Source: a virus. Taken from it: a stretch of DNA of 36,493 nucleotides. The position numbers were made by a program, and so were the translations under genes. Each line of letters begins with the position of its first letter. Position 1 is the stretch's first letter. A model generated the notes under the pieces. The model was not told the DNA's origin and ran no database searches. It saw nothing but the letters and a program-made list of their open reading frames with translations. The stretch is taken from the IMG/VR virus record IMGVR_UViG_3300028549_000287; one strand, given 5' to 3'. Shown here one piece after another: positions 15,085-25,283 of the stretch.

Positions 15085-17313
15085 ATGGCAGACGAGAAAA
15101 AAGTAGTATTACTTGAGATCGATATAAATACAGACGCAGCGATAGAGGCAAATAAAGTTCTTGTCGGTAACATTATTGGCCTTGAAAAGGAAGTAAGGAA
15201 ACTTGCTGAAACCGAAGGAACTTTATCTGACTCTTACATAAAGACAAATGCAGAATTAAAGAACGCAAAGTCTGAATTATCCGCTAATGAGCGAATGATA
15301 CGGAAAACAATAGAGGCAAACAACGCCGCTGCTGGTTCTATCGATCAAATGTCAGCTCAATTATCTGTTGCCAACGCAAAATGGAAAGCGTTAAGCGAAG
15401 AAGAACGCACTAATGGAGAGGTAGGAAAGGCTTTATCTGCTGAAAAGAAGAAGTTACAAGAGGCGATTAATGCCGAGAAATTAGCAGTAAGCGACACGAC
15501 TAGTAATATTGGAAATTACGAGGCCGCTACTGTTCCACTAAAGGCGCAATTGAAAGAAATAATGATGCTCATGCAGCAGATGGCAGTTGCTGGGCAAGAT
15601 GATAGTGAAGAGTTTGTCGAACTTGCAAAGAAAGCAGGAACGCTAAAGGATGCAATGAATGCTACCAATGACCAAATTAAAACATTTACATCCGGTGACG
15701 CGCTTGAACAGAATCTTAAAATTGCAAAGGCTTCATTCGATGCGGTAAGCGGTGCGGCTCAAGGTGTAGAAGGCGCGATGCAACTGGTTGGCTCCGAAAA
15801 CGAAGATGTTGCACGCGGTATTCAAAAAATGGTTGCACTGCAATCTATACAGAATGGAGTAACACAAGTTTACGAAGCACTACAAAAAGAGAGCGCGTTC
15901 ATGGCTGGTGTTTTGGCCGTTAAAACCGAAATCGTTACGGCCGCTCAATGGTTGTGGAATGCAGCAATGACCGCTAATCCAATCGGGGCCATCGCTGCAG
16001 GTGTTGGTGCTTTAATCGGAATATTTGGAGCGTTTTCTTTGGCGGTTGGTGGCTCAACCGAGGAACTTGAAGATCAGAAAAAGGCAGTAATTGATTTAGA
16101 AAAGGAATACTCAGATTTACAAGACAGAATATCGCTTGAATCAAAAATAAATGAAGCGATTGGAGGATCCGTAGAAGAAAAATCAATGCGATCAAGAAAT
16201 GCAATTAGGGAGCAAATAAATGCACTTGAATTATTAAACGAGGCGTTACTTGCTCAACGCGCATTGGAAGGCGATGAAGATGGTGAACTACAAACTAGGG
16301 TAAAAGAAAACAACGATAAGATTATTGCGCTAGGTGACGAACTGATAGTAAACAAACTCACTCAAGCGAAACGAGGTATTGACTTGCAAAAGGCAGAAGA
16401 GGACAAAGAAGCAGAAGAGCGCAAGAAAAGAGCCGAGGAACTATCAAAGAAACTTATTGAGGAAAGCAAGAAGCGAGACGAAGAAGTTAAAAAGATTCGA
16501 GACGAAAATAATATTTCGGAACTTGAAGATCTGCAGGGTAACGAAGATGCTAAGGCTGAAATAATCGCTGCGACAGCAAAGCGAAAAGATGAACTTGCAG
16601 CAGAAATGGGAATGGCTGAACTTGAAAGACAAAATGCAGCCAACGAATTAAACGATGAACTGAATGTTGCCGAAATTGAAAAACTTACCTTCCAATACGA
16701 AGAGAAGAAGAGATTATTGCAAGAGTTCGGCTATTCAACCGTTGAATTAGAGAAGCAATTTGCAGACGCAAAAATAGAAATAGCGAACAAGGAACGCATG
16801 GCTAAATTGCAGGCGTTTGGAGCGGTTGGTAATGCGTTGAGTTCATTGGGTGACATTGCCGGGAAAGAAACCGCCGAGGGGAAAGCAATGGCTATTGCAG
16901 GGGCCACAATCAATGCTTACTCTGGTATTGCCGCGACACTGGGCGCACCTACTGTAATACCTGAGCCGTTCGGTTCTGCTGCTAAAATAGCTCAATCCGT
17001 TGTGATAGGTGCAACGGCGTTCAAGGCGGTCAAGGACATTATAAAAGTAAAAGTTCCCGGCGGTTCCGGAGGCGGTGGCGGTTCTATTTCTTCCGGCGGA
17101 GGCGCAACGACTTCGGTTCCGCGATCTTCTGTTAATCCTGAAATCGGAAAAGGGATAGTTTCACGCTCGACATCAACCGGGACGCAATCGAGCGTTGCAT
17201 CGGGTGTTCAACAGGGAATGAGCGGGGTTGTAGTTCAACCTACGTTGATTATCGATACTGTAACAGCCAAGCAAAATCAAGCAACTAATAACGCTCAAAC
17301 AGCAACGTATTAA
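15085..17313 (+). CDS. Tape-measure-like protein (coiled coils + Gly/Ala-rich hydrophobic segments)
   Basis: Long heptad-like K/E-rich stretches. Hydrophobic PIGAIAAGVGALIGIFGAFSLAVGG and AIAGATINAYSGIAATLGA, plus GGSGGGGGSISSGGG. Confidence 0.55.
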   Translation: MADEKKVVLLEIDINTDAAIEANKVLVGNIIGLEKEVRKLAETEGTLSDSYIKTNAELKNAKSELSANERMIRKTIEANNAAAGSIDQMSAQLSVANAKWKALSEEERTNGEVGKALSAEKKKLQEAINAEKLAVSDTTSNIGNYEAATVPLKAQLKEIMMLMQQMAVAGQDDSEEFVELAKKAGTLKDAMNATNDQIKTFTSGDALEQNLKIAKASFDAVSGAAQGVEGAMQLVGSENEDVARGIQKMVALQSIQNGVTQVYEALQKESAFMAGVLAVKTEIVTAAQWLWNAAMTANPIGAIAAGVGALIGIFGAFSLAVGGSTEELEDQKKAVIDLEKEYSDLQDRISLESKINEAIGGSVEEKSMRSRNAIREQINALELLNEALLAQRALEGDEDGELQTRVKENNDKIIALGDELIVNKLTQAKRGIDLQKAEEDKEAEERKKRAEELSKKLIEESKKRDEEVKKIRDENNISELEDLQGNEDAKAEIIAATAKRKDELAAEMGMAELERQNAANELNDELNVAEIEKLTFQYEEKKRLLQEFGYSTVELEKQFADAKIEIANKERMAKLQAFGAVGNALSSLGDIAGKETAEGKAMAIAGATINAYSGIAATLGAPTVIPEPFGSAAKIAQSVVIGATAFKAVKDIIKVKVPGGSGGGGGSISSGGGATTSVPRSSVNPEIGKGIVSRSTSTGTQSSVASGVQQGMSGVVVQPTLIIDTVTAKQNQATNNAQTATY

Positions 17314-17353
17314 TTTTTGCAAGCTTATTTCAATTTAGTATAAATAAAAATTG

Positions 17354-17361
17354 TATATTTC
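17354..17361 (+). promoter_or_regulatory. Promoter-like -7 box (TTGTATATTTCG class)
   Basis: Lies in the 56-bp gap upstream of the protease gene. Confidence 0.4.
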
Positions 17362-17369
17362 GCAAAATT

Positions 17370-18617
17370 ATGGGAATGAAAAACTTTGTTGCAAGATATA
17401 GCCATTTAGGAATTGATCGAACGGTAATGTTTGACGGTGCTAAGTTCGATAAAACCAAAGCCGAACAACTACTTGCGGCCAATGATATTCAAAATTTCTT
17501 TTTCTTCTTTGACGAAAATGAGTTTGTCGACATGCCGGACGGATCTGTTATGATTAGCGGTGAGGTTGGATTTGATATCACACTCGAACGACTTAAACCG
17601 TATCTCGACGAAGGGCGTAGAATTATTCTTGACTCTGGTGGAGGATCTTTGTGGAGTGGCCTTAAGATTTACGATTACATAAAAGAATTTACCCCAGATG
17701 CAAATATTGGAGTTTTGGGCATGTGCGCATCTGCTACCACGCTCCCATTAGTTGCTGCAAAAAAAGAAAATAGATCGGCAAGTATGAACAGCCGATTATT
17801 GATTCATAATCCTTGGACGTTTGCTATGGGGGATGCTTCCGAACTCAGGATCAAATCGGAAGAGCTGCAATTCGAAGAGGATAATTTGGTATCGATTTAC
17901 GTCAAGGAACTTGGGAAAACTGTCGAGGAAATTAAGGCGCAAATGAAGCCTGAAAAAATGATGTCCTCCCAAAACGCACTCGACTTTGGATTGATCGGAG
18001 AAATTAAAGGAACTGGCGAACCTGCAAAAGTAGATGAGCCTGTAATTGTAGATAAAAACAAAAACGAAAAAAAGGAAGAAATGGAAAAAGCAGAAGCAAA
18101 AAAAGCACTCGGTGTGCTTGCCAAAGCTTTCAACGACATTAAATCATTCTTCGGCCCCAGTAACCTGATGCTGCAAGATGTTAACGGAGTTGAAATAGAC
18201 TTTGGCCCCGACGTAACATCGGAAGAGCAAATTGTAGTCGGCATTAAAGGAGTGACCGCTAACGGAGCGCAAGCAGAAGGCGACTACGTTATGCCGGACG
18301 GACGAACCTTAAAGTTTACCGCCGGTGAATTAACGGAGATCGTTCCAGCGCAGGCTGACGACAGCCCGGTTGAGCAACTGACAACCGAAAACAAAGCGTT
18401 AAAAACTGAGATCGAAAACCTCAAGAAAGAAAACGTAAAACTGGCTAAAAAGAGTTCGGACGCATTTGCAAAAACAACCGATATTGAGAAGAAGTTTAAC
18501 GACTTCAAAAACGAGTTTTCGAAGGACGATAAAATAGAACTTGACACGCCTCCATCTGGTGGAGATGATCCAGAAAACAAAAAAGTATTTGTGTATAACG
18601 GTAAAAAACGTAAGTAA
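17370..18617 (+). CDS. ClpP/S49-like prohead protease fused to a scaffold-like coiled-coil C-domain
   Basis: LDSGGGSLWSGLKIYDYI, GMCASATTLPLV (Ser nucleophile context) and LLIHNPW. C-terminus ENKALKTEIENLKKENVKLAKK. Directly upstream of the capsid gene. Confidence 0.75.
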   Translation: MGMKNFVARYSHLGIDRTVMFDGAKFDKTKAEQLLAANDIQNFFFFFDENEFVDMPDGSVMISGEVGFDITLERLKPYLDEGRRIILDSGGGSLWSGLKIYDYIKEFTPDANIGVLGMCASATTLPLVAAKKENRSASMNSRLLIHNPWTFAMGDASELRIKSEELQFEEDNLVSIYVKELGKTVEEIKAQMKPEKMMSSQNALDFGLIGEIKGTGEPAKVDEPVIVDKNKNEKKEEMEKAEAKKALGVLAKAFNDIKSFFGPSNLMLQDVNGVEIDFGPDVTSEEQIVVGIKGVTANGAQAEGDYVMPDGRTLKFTAGELTEIVPAQADDSPVEQLTTENKALKTEIENLKKENVKLAKKSSDAFAKTTDIEKKFNDFKNEFSKDDKIELDTPPSGGDDPENKKVFVYNGKKRK

Positions 18618-19700
18618 ATGGCAACAGCAGTAGACATCTCAACATTGACGATGGATGCAAAAAAGGTGCAGTCTTTTTCAGAGTTTGTAAACGAACTTAT
18701 GTATGAAAGAGCAGCAATCGAAAGCATTCACGGGCCGGTAAAAACTGGTATTAAAACAACTACTCAAATAATCCTAGCCGGATTGATGGGTAAAACTGGT
18801 ATCCTCGACAGCGGATGCACTCGCCCAACTTCAGGGGCGAAGTCAAAATTGACTGAACTTTATTGGACTCCTGGCAATATCGGAGACACGTTAGTTATGT
18901 GTCAGGCCGAACTTGATCAGTTGTTTGAGCCGTATGTAAACGAGCTTAACTCGTATGCAGATAAGTTTGACTTTGCTGGAACCGATCAAGAAAAGTTCGT
19001 CGCTTCTAAGCTCACCGAGTCAGCAGCCGCAGCAATTCACCGTCATATTTGGCTTGGTGACAAGGCTGTTGCTTTGGCGGGTGCCGCCGATTCTGGCGTA
19101 ATCGATGCAGCACTGGTTAAATTCTACAACGTAATCGATGGTCTTTGGAAACAAATATTTACAAGGGTATTAGCTGGCCAATTGGGTTACGTTAAGATCG
19201 ATGAAAACGATCAAGTAACACCAGCTCTTCAACTAACACTTGCCGCTGGTCGGTCAGTTGAGTTATTTGAAGCCGCATGGTCTAAGGCCGACGCTCGTCT
19301 CCGTGCTTCAAAAAGTGCGCAATTTCTTGTAAGTGGTGAAATCTTCAACAACTACAGAAAGCATATCCAGAACTCAACTTTGGCATTCCAACCAAGTTAC
19401 ACAATGGACGGTCTTGAGATGTTGACTTGGAACGGGAAGCCTGTAATAAACATGGAAACAATTTGGGAGACCGAATTGAAGGGCGACTTTGTGAACAACA
19501 CCACAGACAACGCTTTCTTTAAGCCAAACAGAATACTGTTTACTACAAAGGAAAACATTCCGGTGGGAACTCTGAACGATGGCGACTTTAACGAGTTAAA
19601 ATCTTGGTATAACGAGGATGAGCGACTAAATAAAATGGCATACGGGTTCACACTTGACGCCAAATTCATCGAAAACTACCTCGGGGTAGCCCTTTACTAA
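18618..19700 (+). CDS. Major capsid protein
   Basis: 360 aa, starting 1 nt after the protease-scaffold stop and followed by a strong hairpin. The call rests on position. Confidence 0.65.
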   Translation: MATAVDISTLTMDAKKVQSFSEFVNELMYERAAIESIHGPVKTGIKTTTQIILAGLMGKTGILDSGCTRPTSGAKSKLTELYWTPGNIGDTLVMCQAELDQLFEPYVNELNSYADKFDFAGTDQEKFVASKLTESAAAAIHRHIWLGDKAVALAGAADSGVIDAALVKFYNVIDGLWKQIFTRVLAGQLGYVKIDENDQVTPALQLTLAAGRSVELFEAAWSKADARLRASKSAQFLVSGEIFNNYRKHIQNSTLAFQPSYTMDGLEMLTWNGKPVINMETIWETELKGDFVNNTTDNAFFKPNRILFTTKENIPVGTLNDGDFNELKSWYNEDERLNKMAYGFTLDAKFIENYLGVALY

Positions 19701-19708
19701 TCAAAATC

Positions 19709-19728
19709 GGAGGGGCGAAAGCCTCTCC
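19709..19728 (+). terminator. Stem-loop / partial terminator after the capsid gene
   Basis: GGAGGGGC-GAAA-GCCTCTCC, an 8-bp stem with a GNRA-type loop. Confidence 0.55.
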
Positions 19729-19756
19729 ATTTATTCACCTAAAAATTTAAAAGCAA

Positions 19757-20176
19757 ATGAAAAAAATACTCTTTCTAATTGCGGTAATTGCGTGTATGTT
19801 TTCCGCAACCGCACAGGCGCAGGATCGAAACATAACAACTGCAACCCAGTTCAATTTCTACGGCACTACGGCCGACACGCTCGACAACACTGAAACCAAA
19901 ACATACACCATCTCTGTTGCTCCTTTTTGCACTGAGGCGAGGATGTATGCTAAGGTTACTAATGTCAGCGGAACGTCGAATATTAAAGCCGTGTTGCAAA
20001 TCTCTTACGACAACGTTTACTATAAAGGTATCGATAGCGTAACTGTAACCACTGGTATTCCTACTGTATTTGGTGTAACCGTTGTTCCTAATGCTCCTTT
20101 TATGCGAGTCAAATTAGTTGGCACCGGCACGCAGAAATCTATACCAAGGATATTCATAGCACTCGATAACCGTTAA
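19757..20176 (+). CDS. Secreted (Sec signal peptide) beta-rich protein of unknown function
   Basis: MKKILFLIAVIACMFSATAQA-QD is a classic signal peptide with an AxA cleavage site. Confidence 0.65.
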   Translation: MKKILFLIAVIACMFSATAQAQDRNITTATQFNFYGTTADTLDNTETKTYTISVAPFCTEARMYAKVTNVSGTSNIKAVLQISYDNVYYKGIDSVTVTTGIPTVFGVTVVPNAPFMRVKLVGTGTQKSIPRIFIALDNR

Positions 20177-20187
20177 TAATTACCGAA

Positions 20188-20772
20188 ATGGCAGATTGCA
20201 CAGCAAATATTTACAAAATAATCGAATCTACCTGCCTAAAGGCAAAGGTGGGTGGAATTGAGCAAAAGGTGTGGGCTATTCCCCGCGCTTGGCTTAATCC
20301 TACTTTCGATGTAACCACACCGAACCTTATCACCGATGTTACAAAGATCGCTACTAAGGTTGCGTATCCTATCACCTCTACCGGTATCGCTAAATTGTTC
20401 GATGCTGGCTTCGACTTGGTGGCCGCCGATGACCGTCCTGACCGATGGAAACAATCCTTTGTCTTCCAACAGTTCGAAATGAATGCAGCCGACATCGACA
20501 ACGTTGACGCAATGAATGACATGGTGTTCTTTTACGAAGGGAAAGACAAAACAACCGACGGTGATGGCGTATTTTTCGCAGTTGGAGTTAAGTCTGGACT
20601 CTACAAGGAAGCCGACACCAAGAGAACAAATACAAATCATGGTAGCCGTTCTTTAACGTTCTCGAACAAGGGAGACGACACCGAGACTTCATCTATTTAC
20701 GTTGTTAAAAAGACCGGAGGCTATGCTGCTACCTTGGCGATGCTCGTGGCTCTCGAAACTGCCAACGTGTAA
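20188..20772 (+). CDS. Virion structural protein (major tail tube candidate)
   Basis: 194 aa, positioned after the capsid. No motif proof. Confidence 0.45.
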   Translation: MADCTANIYKIIESTCLKAKVGGIEQKVWAIPRAWLNPTFDVTTPNLITDVTKIATKVAYPITSTGIAKLFDAGFDLVAADDRPDRWKQSFVFQQFEMNAADIDNVDAMNDMVFFYEGKDKTTDGDGVFFAVGVKSGLYKEADTKRTNTNHGSRSLTFSNKGDDTETSSIYVVKKTGGYAATLAMLVALETANV

Positions 20773-21239
20773 TGGTTGAAGATGTAAGATTGATACTTTC
20801 TATGGATGTCTCCGAGGTAATAGCCTCGGAGGTGTCTTTGAAACTGATTCGATGTGCCTCTAAACTATATTATAACGGGCGAGTAGTCGGATGTTGCTCA
20901 TCTTCGCAGCAACAATACTATCAAATGTTGAAACAAAACGGAATTTTACTAGCAAATAAATACGACATGGTTATAAAAAGAACTTGCGTGCCAACCAGAG
21001 ACGGCATTACTGACCGTAAAGGCGTTGGCCTGATCAATTGGCAAATGGTAGACGACGAACAGGCTACCGAAATGCTCATAGAGGGGCACTTTAAAGAAGA
21101 AGATTTTACCAAACTTCCAGAAATGTATCTCGAAATGAGCAAAGAAACCGCACCTGAAGCAGACGAAGAGCCTGAAGAGGAAGAAGAAACCGCACCGGAA
21201 GCAAAGAAAAGAGGCCCAAAACCAAGAAATAACCGGTAA
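20772..21239 (+). CDS. Hypothetical protein with an acidic repeat tail (assembly chaperone candidate)
   Basis: TAATG overlap. C-terminus ETAPEADEEPEEEEETAPEAKKRGPKPR. Confidence 0.45.
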   Translation: MVEDVRLILSMDVSEVIASEVSLKLIRCASKLYYNGRVVGCCSSSQQQYYQMLKQNGILLANKYDMVIKRTCVPTRDGITDRKGVGLINWQMVDDEQATEMLIEGHFKEEDFTKLPEMYLEMSKETAPEADEEPEEEEETAPEAKKRGPKPRNNR

Positions 21240-21242
21240 ATT

Positions 21243-22496
21243 ATGAAATTCAAGCGCGTAGAGATCGAAAAGAGAGCAATCATTAAGGTAAATCGCACCG
21301 TAAAAAGTGATGAAGCCAACGGAATTATGACCTATGGCTCCGATAATGACTATCCTCAGATAATCGAAAGAATAATTTTAGGTTCGACTACTGCCAAAGC
21401 GGTGGCTGGAATCTACGCGAAATTTCTTTGCGGGCTTGGATTCTCTGAAGAGGTAAATAAACAAGTCGTAGGTAAGGATCAGTTCGGGAAAGACCTTACT
21501 ATTTACAGATTGCTAACCTCTATTTGTCACGATTGCGCCAACTTCGGAGGCGGATACATTCACCGAAACGTAAATCGATTAAACGAAACCGGAACAGCAA
21601 AAAGATTACCATTCAAGTTTGGCCGTCTATCTATTCCAGACGACAGTGGGTTTTTCGCTAAAATTCTTTTTAATAGCAATTGGGAGAAAGATGAGCAGTC
21701 CGCTAGATTCGACAATAATAAAACTGCTATATACCATGTTTTCAACGAATCTCAAACTGTTCTAAACGCACAGATGAAAGAGGTTGGAGGCAAGATGTCT
21801 AACTTTAAAGGGCAGGTTTACCCGATCTTTTTAGACAACTCATATATCTATCCTTTATCTCCATTCGACAGTGTTTACTTAGATGCCGACAGCGAGAACG
21901 AATTGTCAATATTTAAGAACAGACAACTTCGCAACGGAATGGCAAAGAAAACAGTGTTTGTTTTTCCAGAGAGTGAACTGACAGACGAACGTGGTAATAA
22001 AATACTGGACGACAACGGCAACCCGACTATTGGACTAGACGAGGAAATTTACAAAGAGGTATCAAACTTCCTTGGCCCAGACGGAGATAGCGTTTTGGTC
22101 GTAGGAGGCAAAATAAATCAAGAAACCGGATTGCTTGATAAGTCAGGCACACTGGTAACTGAGCAATTAGAAAGCAGCATACAGGACGATACCTTTAAGG
22201 ATTGGCCTGAGACACTATCTAATAACATCAGAAAGGCCGCTGGTGGAATGCCGGCAATTTTAATCGACACAGAAAACAACAGCTTTGGAGGAACGTCTGG
22301 TGAGGCGTTAAAAGAGGCTGTAAAGATATACAATTCCATTACGGCACAACAACGAGCATTGATCGCAGAGGCATTTGGAGACATATTCTCTAAGTCTGCC
22401 AACCCTGTTTTAAAAAACAATCCAGACTGGACAATTAACGAACTACAATTAATCAAAGATGAACCTATTACTACTACATCACCAGCTCTCGGTTAA
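21243..22496 (+). CDS. Putative portal protein
   Basis: At 417 aa it is in the portal size range, and there is no other obvious portal. The call is weak and from context only. Confidence 0.35.
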   Translation: MKFKRVEIEKRAIIKVNRTVKSDEANGIMTYGSDNDYPQIIERIILGSTTAKAVAGIYAKFLCGLGFSEEVNKQVVGKDQFGKDLTIYRLLTSICHDCANFGGGYIHRNVNRLNETGTAKRLPFKFGRLSIPDDSGFFAKILFNSNWEKDEQSARFDNNKTAIYHVFNESQTVLNAQMKEVGGKMSNFKGQVYPIFLDNSYIYPLSPFDSVYLDADSENELSIFKNRQLRNGMAKKTVFVFPESELTDERGNKILDDNGNPTIGLDEEIYKEVSNFLGPDGDSVLVVGGKINQETGLLDKSGTLVTEQLESSIQDDTFKDWPETLSNNIRKAAGGMPAILIDTENNSFGGTSGEALKEAVKIYNSITAQQRALIAEAFGDIFSKSANPVLKNNPDWTINELQLIKDEPITTTSPALG

Positions 22497-22521
22497 GGCG
22501 ATATCAAAAAACAATTATGCG

Positions 22522-22980
22522 ATGTTTGACGACTTGGCCCGTGAGGTTGAGGATCGTGACATGGCGAAAATGCTTGGCGTTGCACTCCTTCAGGACTTGC
22601 AGGATAATCAATCTACCTTAGTCAATATTGCATTACTAGATGGCTGTTCTTTTACGAATTACCAAGGGGTAACTATTCGGCATAAAGGCATTAGATTCGT
22701 TGAGTCGTATTTAATCTATGCAGATTATGTTAAGCAGGTATCGCTAAAGGACACTCAAACCGGATTCGTTAAGAAAAAAACAGATCAGAGCGAACCGATT
22801 ACAGAGGGAGATACCAGAAGATTAGTTGATTCGGCTGTTGAAATTGCCAATACTCAATGGGCTATTGTGAAGGATTTTCTTAACGCTAAAAGTGTAGATT
22901 ATCCGCTATGGAATTGCGCCAACTCAGTCAACTCAACTCGAAGATCAAAGATTTACGGAGTTAAAAAAACACTACGATAA
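22522..22980 (+). CDS. Hypothetical virion-module protein
   Basis: ATG at 22522 avoids the 38-nt overlap given by the track start 22459. Either start is possible. Confidence 0.5.
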   Translation: MFDDLAREVEDRDMAKMLGVALLQDLQDNQSTLVNIALLDGCSFTNYQGVTIRHKGIRFVESYLIYADYVKQVSLKDTQTGFVKKKTDQSEPITEGDTRRLVDSAVEIANTQWAIVKDFLNAKSVDYPLWNCANSVNSTRRSKIYGVKKTLR

Positions 22981-24728
22981 TGATACCAGAAAAATTATTT
23001 GAAGGCAGCGAAAAAGAAACGCTTGACGACGTTGATAGAATTGCAACCGCCATCGCAGGACAAGAAGGTGCAAACTGGATTTCGTTTCTCAACCTATACA
23101 CTCAGATCAAGAACGCTATTATTGCGCTATTCTCAAACAAAGCCGTTCTTGACGACCTTGGCGACACTGGAGGACAATTAACCTACAACGGTAACGTAGT
23201 TGCAAATACATTAGCATCAGGCGCGTCAACAGAGGTTCAGTTTCGCAACGCAATAGGTGGCGCGTTAGATTCAGACCCGCTATTTACATACGATAAGGCT
23301 ACTGGGGTTTTATTGTGCGGCAAATCATTTAGGGACATTCCAGTTCTTTATTCTATTTATTCAGGCAGGCAATCAACCACCGACCCAACCGGAAGCTATA
23401 ACACGTCGCACGGATGGACTGCATTGGCTGCATTGACTACAGGAAGTAATAACACAGCAATAGGTTCCGGTGCGCTTCGAGTTGCAACTACCCCAAACGG
23501 CAATACGGCAATTGGTGCAAGCTCTTTGCTTGATAATATAACTGGCAATAACTGCACTGCAATCGGCGACAACTCCGCGGGCGGTTATGTGGATAAAAAT
23601 TCAATCATTGCTATTGGTAGGGGAATAACCAAAGCCGTAAAAACTTCGTTTGATTTTATTTGCGGTATAGGATCGTATCTATATTTAGAGGGAAATATGG
23701 ACACTGGCACTCGCTGGTTTCGAGTTAACGCCGCCACTCTAATCCGTTCCGTTGAAGTTACCGCAATTGCACCTTTAGTCACCGGAACAGTAACAGCCGG
23801 AACCGCAAATACGCTAACCGATACTACCAAGACTTTCATTCTAAATCAATACGCTAATTTCGTTGTAAAGAAAACAAGCATCGGAGGCGAACAGGAACAG
23901 CGCGTTATTTTATCTAATACCACAAGCGGTCAAGTAACCGTAGATCGCAACTGGTTGGCTACTCCTGTGGTGACTGATACATACAAGATAATTTCAGCGA
24001 CAGTAATAACTAGCGATAACCTATCTAGTATCTATCGATTCGATTTATCAAGCGGATTCGATCATGCTGTAATATTTCCGCTGCTTTCTGCAACATTCAA
24101 TAGGGCCAATATCATCACCTACATTGAGGGATATTCAGGAACGGCAAGACTGCACGGATTCCCAAGTGCAGGAAGTGGATCATTGATAAGCGGTGCTTCA
24201 GAGTTTGAATTGGTTGCAAACAATGAATTTGTTGAGCACCTAATACACTACACCGCTGCGCCTCACTGGGATTTAAAGACATCTACCGGCATCCATGCGT
24301 TCGGATCTTCAACATGGACGGCTCAAGTGGTTACTGCTAATGCAAACGTATTCAAACCACTGAACGCTAACATAACGATTAAATTCATTAGGAGATTTTC
24401 CCAGGTTCTTATAGGTGGAGAGTTGTGGGCTAGATATACTTCACTAACTAAACGTTTCTTGAGGTTTACCGTTGTGTGCGATGTTACGTTAAATGGAACC
24501 CCTGCGAGTGTAATAACCATAGGGATAAGGCAATACAAGGCATCTACTGGGCTAACGACCGATGTGACCTTTGTGGGAAGTAATATAACTATTGCCGGTA
24601 ATGGTACTAAAAATACATTTGTAGTGACGGACTTATTTGAATTCGACAAAGAAGATAGGTTCCAGGTGATCCACAAAAACGACAATAACACGAATTATAC
24701 GATAATCCCTCAACTGGTCGTAAACTAG
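22980..24728 (+). CDS. Tail fibre / adhesin with YadA-head-like NTAIG repeats
   Basis: GSNNTAIGSGAL...NGNTAIGASSL...GNNCTAIGDNSA...NSIIAIGRG, with roughly 14-aa spacing. Confidence 0.65.
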   Translation: MIPEKLFEGSEKETLDDVDRIATAIAGQEGANWISFLNLYTQIKNAIIALFSNKAVLDDLGDTGGQLTYNGNVVANTLASGASTEVQFRNAIGGALDSDPLFTYDKATGVLLCGKSFRDIPVLYSIYSGRQSTTDPTGSYNTSHGWTALAALTTGSNNTAIGSGALRVATTPNGNTAIGASSLLDNITGNNCTAIGDNSAGGYVDKNSIIAIGRGITKAVKTSFDFICGIGSYLYLEGNMDTGTRWFRVNAATLIRSVEVTAIAPLVTGTVTAGTANTLTDTTKTFILNQYANFVVKKTSIGGEQEQRVILSNTTSGQVTVDRNWLATPVVTDTYKIISATVITSDNLSSIYRFDLSSGFDHAVIFPLLSATFNRANIITYIEGYSGTARLHGFPSAGSGSLISGASEFELVANNEFVEHLIHYTAAPHWDLKTSTGIHAFGSSTWTAQVVTANANVFKPLNANITIKFIRRFSQVLIGGELWARYTSLTKRFLRFTVVCDVTLNGTPASVITIGIRQYKASTGLTTDVTFVGSNITIAGNGTKNTFVVTDLFEFDKEDRFQVIHKNDNNTNYTIIPQLVVN

Positions 24729-24799
24729 ATAAAGCGAACAACTTGCAATAGTTTTTCAAATATCAAAATCTAAATACGAATTAGTCTAAATAAAAGTTG

Positions 24800-24807
24800 T
24801 AAATTTG
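24800..24807 (+). promoter_or_regulatory. Promoter -7 box TAAATTTG (TTGTAAATTTGA class)
   Basis: Exact TAnnTTTG match in the 183-bp gap after the fibre gene. Confidence 0.45.
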
Positions 24808-24911
24808 AAACGAACAAATACAAAGAAAGATGAAAATTAGCGGAAAATTAGCAGAAGGAGAACCGGGAGAAATTGAAGAGCCTGTAATCAAGCCTACAAA
24901 ACCGTAATTAA

Positions 24912-25283
24912 ATGAGAAAATCTATCTCGAATTGGTTGAAATTAGCAGGGGCAATGTTAGCGGTGATAACATACTCTATTTACTACAATATTTCTGTAGA
25001 TTTATGGCCCAATGCCCCTGACTGGATGTTCAATATCTTTTTTCGAGATGGATTTTTCTTATCGTTTGCCTTGATTTTGTTTGGTATTGGAGTTGGAGAT
25101 GAAGGTAGGGTTACAAGATTTTTGGTTTACTATCCGTGTGGGTTCTTTTTTGCTTGGATGATTGTTGTTTATCGAGCAAATCAGTATTTCAACGATATTA
25201 TCGATATGAATAAAATAATTTTTGTAACCTCATCAAGCGTCGTATCATGCTTATTTGTCTTTTTGTTCAGGCCGAGGAAATGA
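24912..25283 (+). CDS. Multi-pass membrane protein
   Basis: Several hydrophobic helices (LAGAMLAVITYSIYY, FFLSFALILFGIGV, GFFFAWMIVVY, VVSCLFVFLF). Confidence 0.6.
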   Translation: MRKSISNWLKLAGAMLAVITYSIYYNISVDLWPNAPDWMFNIFFRDGFFLSFALILFGIGVGDEGRVTRFLVYYPCGFFFAWMIVVYRANQYFNDIIDMNKIIFVTSSSVVSCLFVFLFRPRK

